Positions 1 to 12,558 of a stretch of 64,000 nucleotides of DNA are shown one piece after another (the first letter of the stretch is position 1; each line of letters starts with the position of its first letter). The notes beneath the pieces are model-generated. The model saw only the letters and a program-made list of their open reading frames with translations. It had not been told where the DNA came from and ran no database searches. Origin of the DNA: Octopus vulgaris (taxonomy: Eukaryota); the NCBI GenBank assembly GCA_951406725.2, contig OX597814.1, positions 149,172,001-149,236,000 of the forward strand, in the 5' to 3' direction. The translations under genes were made by a program, and so were the position numbers.

Positions 1-1980
1 AATTCAGGCCTGTCAATGAGTTTACCAAAAGCAAGGCGAAAATAAATTGCCTGCTTTATATGGCTGAACTCACACTGTGCACAAAAAATAAGAAAGATAT
101 GAATTCTCTTATCTATATAGTAAAAGGATTCAACACGGATATTAGAATGCAGTTTGGTGTAAATAAGAGTGCCTCGCTAATTATGGAAAGAGGCCAGTAG
201 ATAAACATAGATGGCATAAAATTACCACATCACATCATTCGATCGCTATCAGGGATAAAATACCTAGTGGTGCTACAAGGTGGTAAAATAATGGACAGAG
301 AAATGAGAGAAAATCTATAAACATAGAATTAGGAAGGTACTCGAGACAAAAGTAGATGGAAAGAGTATCATTACATCAACAAACACATGGAATATGCGAC
401 ACACTGCTCTTTTTCGGAAAAGGGCTATTCACGTTGCCTAATCCTGAAAGTAACACCAGCAGGCACAACGCGGAAAATAATACTGGCAGACTACACCTAC
501 CTAGAAAAGAAGGAGGAGGATTGCTAAACGCTGAAGACACTGATAGTAATGCGATAACGGAGTTGTAAATTATGTTGTACGGAGTGAAGAAAGAATGCTA
601 TCAGCAGCTTGAGATGCACAAAAAGTTTCTGAAACAGTAGGAGAATTCAAGAGACGTTAAAGAAACAGAACAAGCAGATACAAAGAAATTAAATTACATG
701 ACCAATTCACGCAACAAACCGAGAATGTGGTAAGTAAAGAATGCTGTCTGTCGTTGATGGCCGGAAACCTGAAACGAGAGAGCAAAACGCTAATTATAGC
801 CGCTCGGGAACAAACCATTGGTACAAATCTGATAAAAGCAAAGACCGACAAACACAGTTAGACATCAAATGTAGATTCTGCAAGGAAAGAGACGAAAGTA
901 TCGATCATCTCTTGTATGAGTGCAGTAAGCTAGCACAAAACGATTGTGATAGCTTAATGTGTAGTGTGAGTGCATTGGGATGTTAAACAGGTATGCAGCT
1001 AATATCTCAATAATTAAAAGGAATAAAAAGGAACTTGTATTAATAGGAACAAGTGTCTGTGAGAGACAATGGGAATTACAGGATTTTACAGGATTTCCTC
1101 ATAAGGACTAGCAATATTATTGAAACAAGAAGACTATATGTAATAATAGTGAACAAAATAAGCTCGTAAACATTGTAAATTCTATATCGGAAAAAAATTA
1201 GAAATGTCAGGGTCTAGCGAGAGATGAAGAGACTGAGGAAGACTAAAACAACACTTTTTCCTATGGTATTATCTGCACTTAACAGGACACCAGAGATATT
1301 ACATAAAATATTGAAAGACATAGGAATTGAGACTTGCATTATCGACCTACACAAAACTACTATATTACATCATCTCGAAAGAGTCCAGAAGCTGGCTACC
1401 CGCATGGTTCTTGGTCTCAAGCATTTGTCTTATGAAGAAAGGGTGAAGACGCTCGACCTTTATTCTCTAGAAAAACGACGACGCCGTGGTGATCTCATTC
1501 TTGCTCACAACATCACAAGCGGAAAGTGTAACCTCTTGAAAGAGCTGTTCTTCACTCCTGCTCCAGAGCGTCGGCTGCAGGGTCACTCCGAAAAGCTCTA
1601 TCTGCAACGATTTCATCTCAATCGAAGGAGAGGGGCTTTCTCTGTCCGGGTTGTGGATCCGTGGAATAATCTGCCGGACGAGATAGTGAAGATGCCGACG
1701 ACCGCTCGGTTCAAAGTCTCTCTTGACCAGAAATGGCCTGAACTCTTTGCATGAACACCCTCCCTGTACATAACTCCATGTCCCCCTACATGGCCTTGCT
1801 TTTTGCTTTTTGAGCCAAAAAATTAATTTAACTTAACTGAACTTAACTTAACTATCCTATATTCTGTAAGAATTCTAAGAAAGGTTGTTGAGATTTGAAG
1901 AGGCTTGTTGCTGCTCAGCCTTAATGCCTGTTAATGAAATTAGCATTACTAACTAGATAATGATGATGATGATGATGATC
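1..1980 (+). mobile_element. Degraded R4/Dong-clade non-LTR retrotransposon (RT C-half, CCHC knuckle, RLE, 3' end), interrupted by a CR1 insert at 1364-1850
   Basis: Frameshifted pieces TDIRMQFGVNK, LHLPRKEGGGLL, CRFCKERDESIDHLLYECSKLAQ, LFPMVLSALN...DLHKTT|ILYSVRILRKVVEI* (stop 1896-1898), then 3' UTR and (GAT)n tail. Confidence 0.85.
1364..1850 (+). mobile_element. 5'-truncated CR1-clade LINE 3' end
   Basis: HLERVQKLATRMVLGLKHLSYEERVKTLDLYSLEKRRRRGDLI...FSVRVVDPWNNLPDEIV...FKVSLD is the CR1 ORF2 C-terminus; stop 1754; (AACTT)n tail; ACTAT duplicated at 1359-1363 and 1851-1855. Confidence 0.9.
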
Positions 1981-2099
1981 TGTGCAAAACCAAAAATATA
2001 GCACCCTAGTGATAACACAAACTTCTAACCTGTTCGCTCTTGAGGTCTCTGAGTGAGATTTGTAGTCAACTTATAGAAATATAAAGCAAAAGTCAAAAT

Positions 2100-2850
<751 letters not shown>

Positions 2851-2914
2851 AATAATAATAATAATAGTAATAATGATAATAATGATAATGATAACAATAA
2901 TAATAATAATAATG

Positions 2915-2957
<43 letters not shown>

Positions 2958-2986
2958 TAAAAATAATAATAATAATAATAATAATA

Positions 2987-3055
<69 letters not shown>
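2851..3055. repeat. (AAT)n switching to (ATT)n
   Basis: Strand flip near 2988. Confidence 0.95.
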
Positions 3056-3256
3056 CCAGAGAATACCAAATAGCATGGACGTGTGACAGGGAGCTTAGGG
3101 GAAGATAGATCAAATCTGAAACCATCACGTAGCAGGAATTAAGAATCCGCAAAAACAGTGAAATACAACTATGTCTTAATGTAAGTCATCTCAGGAAAAC
3201 CAAAGATATTGCTTATTGCTTATATGGCGTATATATATATATATATATATATAAAT

Positions 3257-4702
3257 ATGACTTCCCTCAGATGCTCCGCCACAGCAACATGTGCGTAAAA
3301 ATGATGCAATAGAAAGTAGCTTGAAACAATCAGGTGTCGAAAAATAATTCTGGAGATGACTGTGGTGACGAACGTTATCATATCTCAGTTTATGAGAGAC
3401 AGCAGTTCCGGAAGAACTCTGGTTGTAACAGCGAAAATAAAACTGGACCTTTAAGGGAAGGTCTCTCGCTCGGCAGTGGTTTAGTAAAGATGCAGACTGA
3501 CCAACGCTGTTATCATAATACAGATTCAACAGATAATTGAGCAAGGAAGAGGAAGTGGACCAGCGAAGAAAACAGTATAGTGATGCAGTGCTACTTAGAA
3601 AGTGAATCTGAAAGAAGGGGATACAGAAAAAGGATGTCAAGAATTTAGGTAGAGAATGATATGTTCAAAGTGCCTAAGAAGAGACTAGCAGATCAAACAC
3701 ATGCTATTAGGAGATGAAAGTGGATAACAGAACTGGAGGTAGAAGAGATCGCAAGAGAAATGGAAATGAATGACCAGACACTAGGAAAGACAAGCAACAT
3801 CATAAGAGATGCAACTCAAACCAAAGAAGATCCTCAAGGAAAAGATAATAATAGCGGTTCCAATACGGAAGGGACAACTGACAACGGCGACTTAAGTGAT
3901 TTAAGTGAGGAAGATCAGAAGATTTTAGAGGAGTTGCAGGAAGTAATGAGTAAAGAAGTAGGAAAATGATTGCCGGCATTCAAAGGAAATAACTGAAGGA
4001 AGCCACGAAAAATTACTAGGTAAGTAGATTCTGTTATCAGTAGGATAGATACTGAAAATATAGGAGACACTAACTTATTGATCTATGCAGGAGGGATAAT
4101 TGTCACCATAATTTTCTCACAGCGAAAAATTAAAAAAGATCAAATATGGAAAAGGAGACTATAAAATAAAAGAGAAGACTTTAACACAAGATGTAAGTAG
4201 ACTAGAAGCTCTTGAGAATAGATACTTAGTGAATGAGAAAAGATTTGGGATAGTAGTAGAATAGTTGAAACAGCCTACCATAGCAGTATCAGGTAAGCTC
4301 ACCAGATATCAGGAAGAATAGATCGGTATCAACAGAATAGGTTATTTAAGACAGACCAGGATCTAGCCATTGTATCACAGAGACTATGGAAAGTGCATGT
4401 AAAATGTATACCTGTAGTAATAGGTGCACTGGGAAATATCCCTAAAGATCTGAACAGATGGATAGAAGAAATAGGCATAAAAACCAGTTTAGTACACCTC
4501 CAGAAAACAATGTTATTAGGGACAGCTAGAATACTTAAGTGGGCTCTTGGCATCTAAGGTTACTTGTTGTAGCCTGATGTTAGGATTTTTTCTTTTCCAA
4601 AAGTCTAATGTGATGTATGAATATAATAATAATAATAATAATAGTAATAACAACAAAAACAACAACAACAACAACAACAATAATAATAACAACAACAACA
4701 AC
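3257..4702 (+). mobile_element. Internally deleted R4/Dong LINE (N-terminal domain joined to RLE C-terminus, RT missing)
   Basis: RKWTSEENSIVMQCYLESESERRGYRKRM...RLADQ...; YQQNRLFKTDQ fused to DLAIVSQRLWKVHVKCIPVVIGALGNIPKDLNRWIEEIGI...LQKTMLLGTARILKWALGI* (stop 4555-4557); (AAT/AAC)n tail. Confidence 0.85.
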
Positions 4703-4725
4703 ATCGAAAAATATCTTAGGAATGA

Positions 4726-4769
4726 GACATCTGATGAAGGCTGGAGAGTATCAGCCGAAATGCTGTATT
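4726..4769 (+). ncRNA. Minimal type I hammerhead-like motif in a PLE-type fragment (4703-4850); probably inactive copy
   Basis: GACAT-CTGATGA-A-GGCTG-gagagtat-CAGCC-GAAA-TGCT-GTATT: intact CUGAUGA and GAAA, 5-bp stem II, U16.1 mutated to C. Confidence 0.6.
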
Positions 4770-4889
4770 AACAACAAACAAGATGAGGACAAATATTCTT
4801 CAAAAGTAAATAATTTAAATAATTCCTCATCTCTCAAATATAGATTTGTATATACATATATATATATATATATAATATATATATATATA

Positions 4890-4928
4890 CTAGCATAATG
4901 ACCCGTTGTTGCCGGGTCATAGTGCTAG
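4890..4928 (-). mobile_element. Helitron-type 3' terminus
   Basis: Minus strand TGACCCGgcaacaaCGGGTCA hairpin followed by TTATGCTAG|T. Confidence 0.6.
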
Positions 4929-6530
4929 GGCATGTATATATGAGTATATATATGTGTACATATTACATGTACATCTATATATATACATCTACACATAGAA
5001 TACAATATACAAAGTTATATCCTGATATCACTAGTGATAACAATACTCAAAATATATAACAGACTGGAATTGTAAGCCCGTCTCTTGCAATTTCGATCAA
5101 TTGTATGTTGTCCTCCCTCTTGTATAGAAGTGTAGCTACAATCCAGCCTACCTCAACTTCTTGGGAAGGGGCATTTTAAATTTTTATCGCATGGTTCTCT
5201 AATGTGGTTCTCACCATAAGTGGATTCCTTATGTGTATAAATATGCACTATATCGTATATATATATATATATATATATATACAACACATATATGTACTTA
5301 TGTATGTATATGTGTATATAATACATATGTGTGCTTGTGTATGTTTAGGAAATATATGCCACTCGTTTCAGTACATATTAACATTGCATCAGTCCTCTGG
5401 AATCTGCATTTGATTAGTGTCTTCAAAGATATATATACTTGAAAGTCTTCAAGTAAAGCGTTCTGCATGTCCGTTGACTACTCGGTGCCAAACATAAACG
5501 TTGTTATAGAGAAAATATTTAAGTGATACTAACTATACGTTTAAATGGAGCTGAAAATAACGGAGTAATGCTACAATACAGAAAAGCAATAGAGGCAACG
5601 ATAAAGAGGGGAGAAAGATGGTGAAAGTGAGAGTTGGATAATATCAGAATCTATTGAGAATGCTTATCTAAGAAATTCGCCGCTGATTCGAATGAAAAAA
5701 TAATAGAAGAGGATTGTACAAATATTGTTTCTCTGGAAATACTATATAGTACATGTAATATGGTAAATATTCGATGGATTTATGTGTCGTCTTCTAGTCT
5801 TCAAATATATGCATTCACTCATATGCGTGCACGCTTACAAACACGCACGCACACCACACACACGGACACACACACAGATACAATTATGTATACACATTGC
5901 ACCATAGTATCTTTTCTTTTATTTGCTAATCTCAGCGCCTGGTAAGAGGTCATGCTAGAGTAGGAAGGAACTACATTGGTTTTTACTCGATTCCTTTCCA
6001 GTTATGTTTTCTCTTGTGTCCATTGTAAAGATTCTTTCTTGGGAGTGCATTTTCTTCCATGATCACATCACCGAATCTTTACCCAGTACATTAAATTACT
6101 ACGTCATGCATGATTACTTGGTTAGTAATTGGCATTGTGAAAGTATACACTGGATGCTTAGGGAATATGATAATCGGAGGATTTCCAAGAGATCTTAGAA
6201 GAAGCGGATGACAAGACATTTAACAAACATCCAATATAGAAGTTTGTATTAAATAACGCATTCTAATGAATAGGCTTTAGAGAGAAAGAGGATGAGCATG
6301 TGTAAATATATAATTATATTAGAGGCTACACGAAGCACCAGCCGGCTAGAAAATGCAGTCATTGCATTGCTGTTTAATGCTAATATCGCTTGCTGCCACG
6401 ACTTTATTATTGTTATTATTATCAGTTATATTTAGATTTACCGCTGGTGATGATGATGATGATGATGATGATAATAATAATAATAATAACAATAATAATA
6501 ATAATAATATCTTTACGAGTATTCATTTCA

Positions 6531-6546
<16 letters not shown>

Positions 6547-6562
<16 letters not shown>

Positions 6563-7760
6563 GAAAAATACAAACTGGGACAAGAACGTAAAACATTTAG
6601 AAGACGATACAAAAAACACGGACGGGACATTCGAAGCCTTCAATCTTCAGTCAAGAACCGGATCATCCTAGCAATTTCGGCTGATTAATCTTGAGATTGC
6701 TCCGATCCGGCCAGCCCCAAGGAATAACTAAGCTACGAGCATTAGATTTCTTGAAAAAAGGATCCAATGTATACGAAACAGGGACAGAAAAACGGACGAT
6801 GCCACACGAAAATAAAATACAAAAAACAATAATAGTAAAAACAGGACAAAAACAGCGGGTGTCTTACGACTAATAGACAGTACAACTTAGTTTACCTGGC
6901 GTATTTTGGAAAAAAAAAATGCCTTTTTCGGCAGACGAAGACAACGATGTTCTCATGGCGCTGGTTAGAAGCTGAAAGGCTGGTTGACCAGCAGTCACGT
7001 GAGAGGAGAAGAGACAGAAAAAAAGGGGGGCAAAGGAATCAAAGAGAGAGAGAAAAAGAGGGACGAAGGCACCAAATGGGGGAGAAGAGAGGGAAAGAAG
7101 GAATTAAAGAGGGGAGAAGAAAGAGAGCGGGCCAAGGATTGGCTTGGCGACAGAATCAGTAAGTGCAAAGTGAGAAAGACAGAGAAATGTGAGAGAGTGG
7201 GGCTAGAGTAAACCAAAGAATCAGAGGCAAGAAAAGAGAAAAGGAGGAGGAGAAGTAGAAAGAGAGAGAGAGAAAGAGACAGATCAAAGTAGAGTTCAAA
7301 GTGTGAAATGCAGAGAAATGTAGGAGAGAGAGATAGTGTTATAGAGTCGTACCAAATTTAAAGGAATATGTACTTACATAAGGCCAAAGAGGGTGCGGAC
7401 GCTGCTATATATATTATATGTAGAAAAATACAAACTGGAACAAGAACGTAAAACATTTAGAAGACGATACAAAAAACGGACGGGACATTCGAAGCCTTTA
7501 ATCTTCAGTCAAGAACCGGATCATCCTAGCAATTTCGGCTGATTAATCTTGAGATCGCTCCGATCCAGCCAGGCCCAAGGAATAACTAAGCTACGAGCAT
7601 TAGATTTCTTGGAAGAAGGATCGAATGTATATGAAACAGGGACAGAAAAACGGACGATGCCACACGAATATAAAATACAAAAAAAATAATAGTAAAAGCA
7701 GTACAAAAACAGCGGGTGTCTTACGACTAATAGACAGTACAACTTAGTTTAGCTGGCGTA
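6547..7760 (-). mobile_element. Partial-tandem (pseudo-LTR-like) non-coding element: two ~355-bp direct repeats around a ~500-bp spacer
   Basis: 6547-6903 and 7406-7760 near-identical; left end abuts (TA)n; no meaningful ORF; strand inferred. Confidence 0.75.
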
Positions 7761-7789
7761 CACATATACATACATAAATACATCCTTTT

Positions 7790-8062
7790 CTAACACTCCC
7801 TCCAGATACAAAAAAACACACACACGCACACGCATACTTGCTCTCTTTCACTTTCTCCCCATTCACCACCCTCTTGTACTGTCTTATGTCTCTCCCCGCC
7901 ACTACACACTCAATAACACTATAAAATGATCAAAACTTAAGTTCGTTTTCCCCAAGATCTTAGACCCCTCCTTGGAGTAAACATCCTGTCCAGCAGAACA
8001 ATTTTTTTTCTTCTTCTTCCGTCGCCCTTCCCCTCTTTTTCTTTAACCCACCTTTCCAAATA

Positions 8063-8122
<60 letters not shown>

Positions 8123-8270
8123 CACACACATGCTCTCTCTCTCTCTCACTTTCTTCCCATCCATCACCCTCTTGTACTCTCTTACATCCCTCCCCACCAC
8201 TACACACTCAATAACACTATAAAATGGTCAAAACTTTTTTCACAGGAACTTAGTTCGATTTGAAAACCCC
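7790..8270. repeat. Diverged tandem duplication (period ~300 bp) with (CA)n
   Basis: CCCTCTTGTACT...CCACTACACACTCAATAACACTATAAAATG.TCAAAACTT occurs twice (~7868-7938 and ~8167-8237). Confidence 0.8.
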
Positions 8271-8389
8271 ACTAGAATAGGAGAAAGCGCTAATACATGA
8301 TCTAAGTTATATGATGTATAAAAACATGTAATATACAAATAAATATCTGTAAATATAAAACCATCAGAATTTCTGAGTACCTCATTTCT

Positions 8390-8436
<47 letters not shown>

Positions 8437-8437
8437 A

Positions 8438-8679
<242 letters not shown>

Positions 8680-8712
8680 GCATAAGTATATACTTATATA
8701 TATCTTTCTTTC

Positions 8713-9112
8713 TCTCTTTTACTTGTTTCAGTCATTTGACTGCAGCCATGCTAGAGCACCGCCTTTAGTCGAGCAGATCGATCCCGGGACTTATACGTTG
8801 TAAGCCCGGTACTTATTCTATCGGTCTCTTTTGCCGAACCGCTAAGTGACGGGGACATAAACACACCAGCATCGGTTGTCAAGCAATGCTATGGGGACAA
8901 ACACAGACACACAAACATATACACACACATACATACATATACATATATACGACAGGCTTCTTTCAGTTTCCGTCTACCAAATCCACTCACAAGACATTGG
9001 TCGGCCCGGGGCTATAGCAGAAGACACTTACCCAAGATGCCACGCAGTGGGACTGAACCCGGAACCATGTGGTTGGTAAGCAAGCTACTTACACACAGCC
9101 ACTCCTGCGCCT
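8713..9112 (-). mobile_element. Full-length tRNA-derived SINE (family A) with internal (CA/TA)n
   Basis: Minus head AGGCGCAGGAGTGGCTGTGTG (A-box like) and GGTTCAGTCCC (B-box like); tail GAAACAAGTAAAAGA; many copies in window. Confidence 0.88.
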
Positions 9113-9119
9113 ATATATA

Positions 9120-9256
9120 TACGACAGGCTTCTTTCAGTTTCCATCAACCAAATCCACGCACAAGCCTTTGGTCGGCTCGTGGCTATAGTACAAGATACT
9201 GGCCCAAAGTGTTACGCATTGGAACGGAACCCAGTACCATGTGGTTAAGAAGCAAA
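9120..9256 (-). mobile_element. SINE family A head-region fragment
   Basis: Second copy of CGACAGGCTTCTTTCAGTTTCC...ACCATGTGGTT. Confidence 0.8.
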
Positions 9257-9428
9257 GATCAGGACTTATCTGCAGCTCTTGGTGGTCCAGATCGGATATG
9301 CAATCTATGTGGGTGTCTTTTCAAAACATTGCCTGGTTTAAAAAGCCACATCAGATGCCATGCTGGTTCTATGGTATAGTTACAGGAGGTGGTCATACTC
9401 TGCATAAGGAGTAGACAAATACCATATG
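9257..9428 (+). mobile_element. RTE-clade LINE extreme 3' end with C2H2-like finger
   Basis: DRICNLCGCLFKTLPGLKSHIRCHAGSMV* (9257-9379) fits the CxxC...GLxSHxRxH C-terminus of RTE ORFs. Confidence 0.7.
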
Positions 9429-9448
9429 TACATATATATATATATATA

Positions 9449-9714
9449 TTGATAAAACGGTAAGATAACAAAAGAAAGAAAGAGACCTCAATATTATGTA
9501 AATAGAGGAAATTTATCTATACAATAATATGTTACATTACTCGGTAGTCAAGGTAAAACTCTGAGTTTCAGATGCCGAAGTGGAAATCCACAACACCATC
9601 TCTTTGGTTATCTGGCTATTTTAGCCAGATAACCAAAGAGATGGTGTTGTGGATTTCCACTTCGGCATCTGAAACTCAGAGTTTTACCTTGACTACCGAG
9701 TAATGTAACATATT

Positions 9715-9722
<8 letters not shown>
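9449..9722. repeat. PLE-type insert with a 101-bp perfect palindrome (arms 9518-9618 and 9622-9722)
   Basis: Arms are exact reverse complements with a 3-nt loop; (TA)n on both sides. Confidence 0.9.
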
Positions 9723-9755
<33 letters not shown>

Positions 9756-10689
9756 ATTATAATATATAAAAGTTGATTTAAGGGTTAATATGTAAATGTA
9801 AATACCTTGGACTTGCCACCTCATTGCTTTTTATCAAAAGTTTCATCTCCAGCCGCTCGTTATGTCAGTCAACACTCACACTGACATACCATTCTGCTGT
9901 GGTGGCTCATTTTGTCTTTCGCCTGCTCATTACGTAGAAGTTTCTTTGAAGAGAGCATAAATTGAAAGAGAAAGCGAAAAGGACAGAGAAAGTGAAGGAG
10001 ATGGGAAAAGAATGAAAAATGTATGTAATGTGTAAACGAAATGGACATGTGTGTGTGTGCGCGTGCGTGCGCGTGTGTATGAGAGAGAGGAAGAGACAGA
10101 GAAAGATAAATAGTGTGAGTGAGTGAGTGAGTGAAGGTGTGTCCGTGATAACTGATGTCTTTTAAGGCAGACACACATATTGAAAATTTGACGTCATCGT
10201 ATAAAATGTTTACGATAGTTGATTTATGGAAAATATTATAATGTTAAATTTTTGAAAAGCAACTATGTGAATGGAAATTAAGTTTAATTTGTAGCCGAAA
10301 TAGTACTGAATATTTTGGTACCCCATACGTCAGAATCGATCATTAGGTTTTGAAATGCATAGGTATATATATATATATATATAGGACAGAGTTCTTTCAA
10401 ACAGCAAGTATTATCTCACATTACAATAGAGACGTAATACTGAAATAGTGTAAGAGATAAAAGATTACTCTGGGCTCGCATTAAGCAAGAAGTTGGGAAT
10501 TTTTGGAGTCCATGACACTGCACGAACCTTGGCTTTTGTAATTGATGGTAGTTGCTTTAAGTATTTTATTTCGATTTTCAGTGGCGTATTGGTAAGAACA
10601 ACGGGATACGTAACAGTAGTTTTGAATAAAAATAAAAATGGAACTTTTACTCATCCGATGGACAAGCAAATATTAGAAAAATAGCGATT

Positions 10690-10841
10690 CTCACTTTGAA
10701 ACTGACAATTTTTACAATCTTAGATTACGGAACGCCCTACTCTGTCATGCGTCCATATTTAAAATTTCAGTGCGATCGGATGAACAATACTTGAGTTATA
10801 AGCGCACAAAAAAACAGACAGAACGGGATTTATATAACAGA
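10690..10841 (-). mobile_element. Helitron-type 5' terminal segment
   Basis: Minus A|TCTGTTATATAAATCCCGTTCTGTCTG...CCGATCGCACTGAAATTT parallels the 5' end of the Helitron at 53015. Confidence 0.5.
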
Positions 10842-11558
10842 TATGTGTGCGTGTGCGTGTATGTGTGTGTACGTATGTATATTATGTATGTATATATGTA
10901 CTTATGCATATGTATGTGTTTTATTTAAATTCTTAAGAAAATTCACACCGGTCCCTAACAAAGCAGCAACAGCAAGACATCTTGTGTTTCGAGATTTTCC
11001 ACTGCTTGTAAATACGTGACTGATTTTTTATGTTGTTTGAACTGTGAATGCCCACCACCCAGTGTGTGCATCTTTTCATCTGAAGAATTTTAGATGTACA
11101 ATGTTTCGAATATCTTTCAAATCCTCACTGCGCTTCTTATAAAATAAATTTGGATTTATGCGTTTAAGTTTCTTATCTTCTTTCTTCTGAGAACTCAGTA
11201 TTTATAGGTTTTAGTGTAAATCTGTAGGTACGTAGCATAATGCTACGATAATAGGTACAAATGAAAATCTATAGTTAGCGTAATGTATGCATGCATGTAT
11301 GTATGTATGTATGTATGTATATGTATGTGTGCATCCATGCAAGCATGTATGTGTGTATGCATGCCTGCATGTATGTATTTCTGTATGTTTGTAGACATGT
11401 ATGCATGTATGTTTGTATGTATATTTGTATATATGAGTATATGTATCTGCATGAGTTATTTCCGAATACACTGCGTGGTAACATAACAAGGCACATTATA
11501 TATGTGTGCCTGAATGTGTGAACGTGTTTGTGTGTTTGTATGTTTGTGTGTATGTGTA

Positions 11559-11616
<58 letters not shown>

Positions 11617-11623
<7 letters not shown>

Positions 11624-11934
11624 AAATTAGAGACAAAACCACTATTAGGCAAATCAAACAATGAAAGACTTAAGCCAAAACAAATTAATTTATATTATCT
11701 AAATATGTAACAATTATTAAAAAATATAATGTGGATATTAATTATATTTTTTAATAATTGTTACATATTTAAATAATATAAATTAATTTATGTTTTGGCT
11801 TAAGTCTTTCATTGTTTGATTTGCCTAATAGTGGTTTTGTCTCTAATTTAATATAATATAATATTTTACTATAAAATTGGATTCAATCCTAAATCTGATT
11901 TTTCCCTGTAAGTTTGGATTTATTCCCTAATATT

Positions 11935-11940
<6 letters not shown>
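11617..11940. repeat. Fold-back insert: ~115-bp inverted arms plus an ~80-bp unique tail, in (TA)n
   Basis: 11617-11730 is the near-exact reverse complement of 11741-11857. Confidence 0.88.
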
Positions 11941-12024
<84 letters not shown>

Positions 12025-12506
12025 ATGTATGCACGTGCATGCATATATGAGAATGGCTGATATGAAAACGGGAGAATAGTGCTCAAGATATGTACTAGAC
12101 CTTCTGTATTTGCTAAGATACTTTCAGTTAATTCGTTCTTACTTAATATTTCAAAACTAACTCAAATGGAGGAAATGTGCACCTTCCAACCGATCCATGG
12201 GTATATAAATAAAAGCACGTCCGTATATCCTTTCAAATGGGGTCACAAGAACTGTGACTGAAATCCTTATATTATAACTCTCAGTGTGTATGGGACACGT
12301 GTAACTGCATGAACGGTCCCTCACAACAACACACTGTACTTATACGCAAGTTTATAAGTAGCACACAGTATTATGCGTGTATGTATGTATGTGTGTCACC
12401 GCCTGTATGAGCGTGCGTGAGTAAATGTATATATATATGTGTGTGTGCATGTGTGTAGGAGTTTGTATGTGTGAGTGTGCGCGCATGATTATATATATAT
12501 ATGTAT

Positions 12507-12558
<52 letters not shown>

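Noticed and set aside
1224-1754. 176-aa ORF as a host gene
   Set aside because: Chimera of two LINE C-termini
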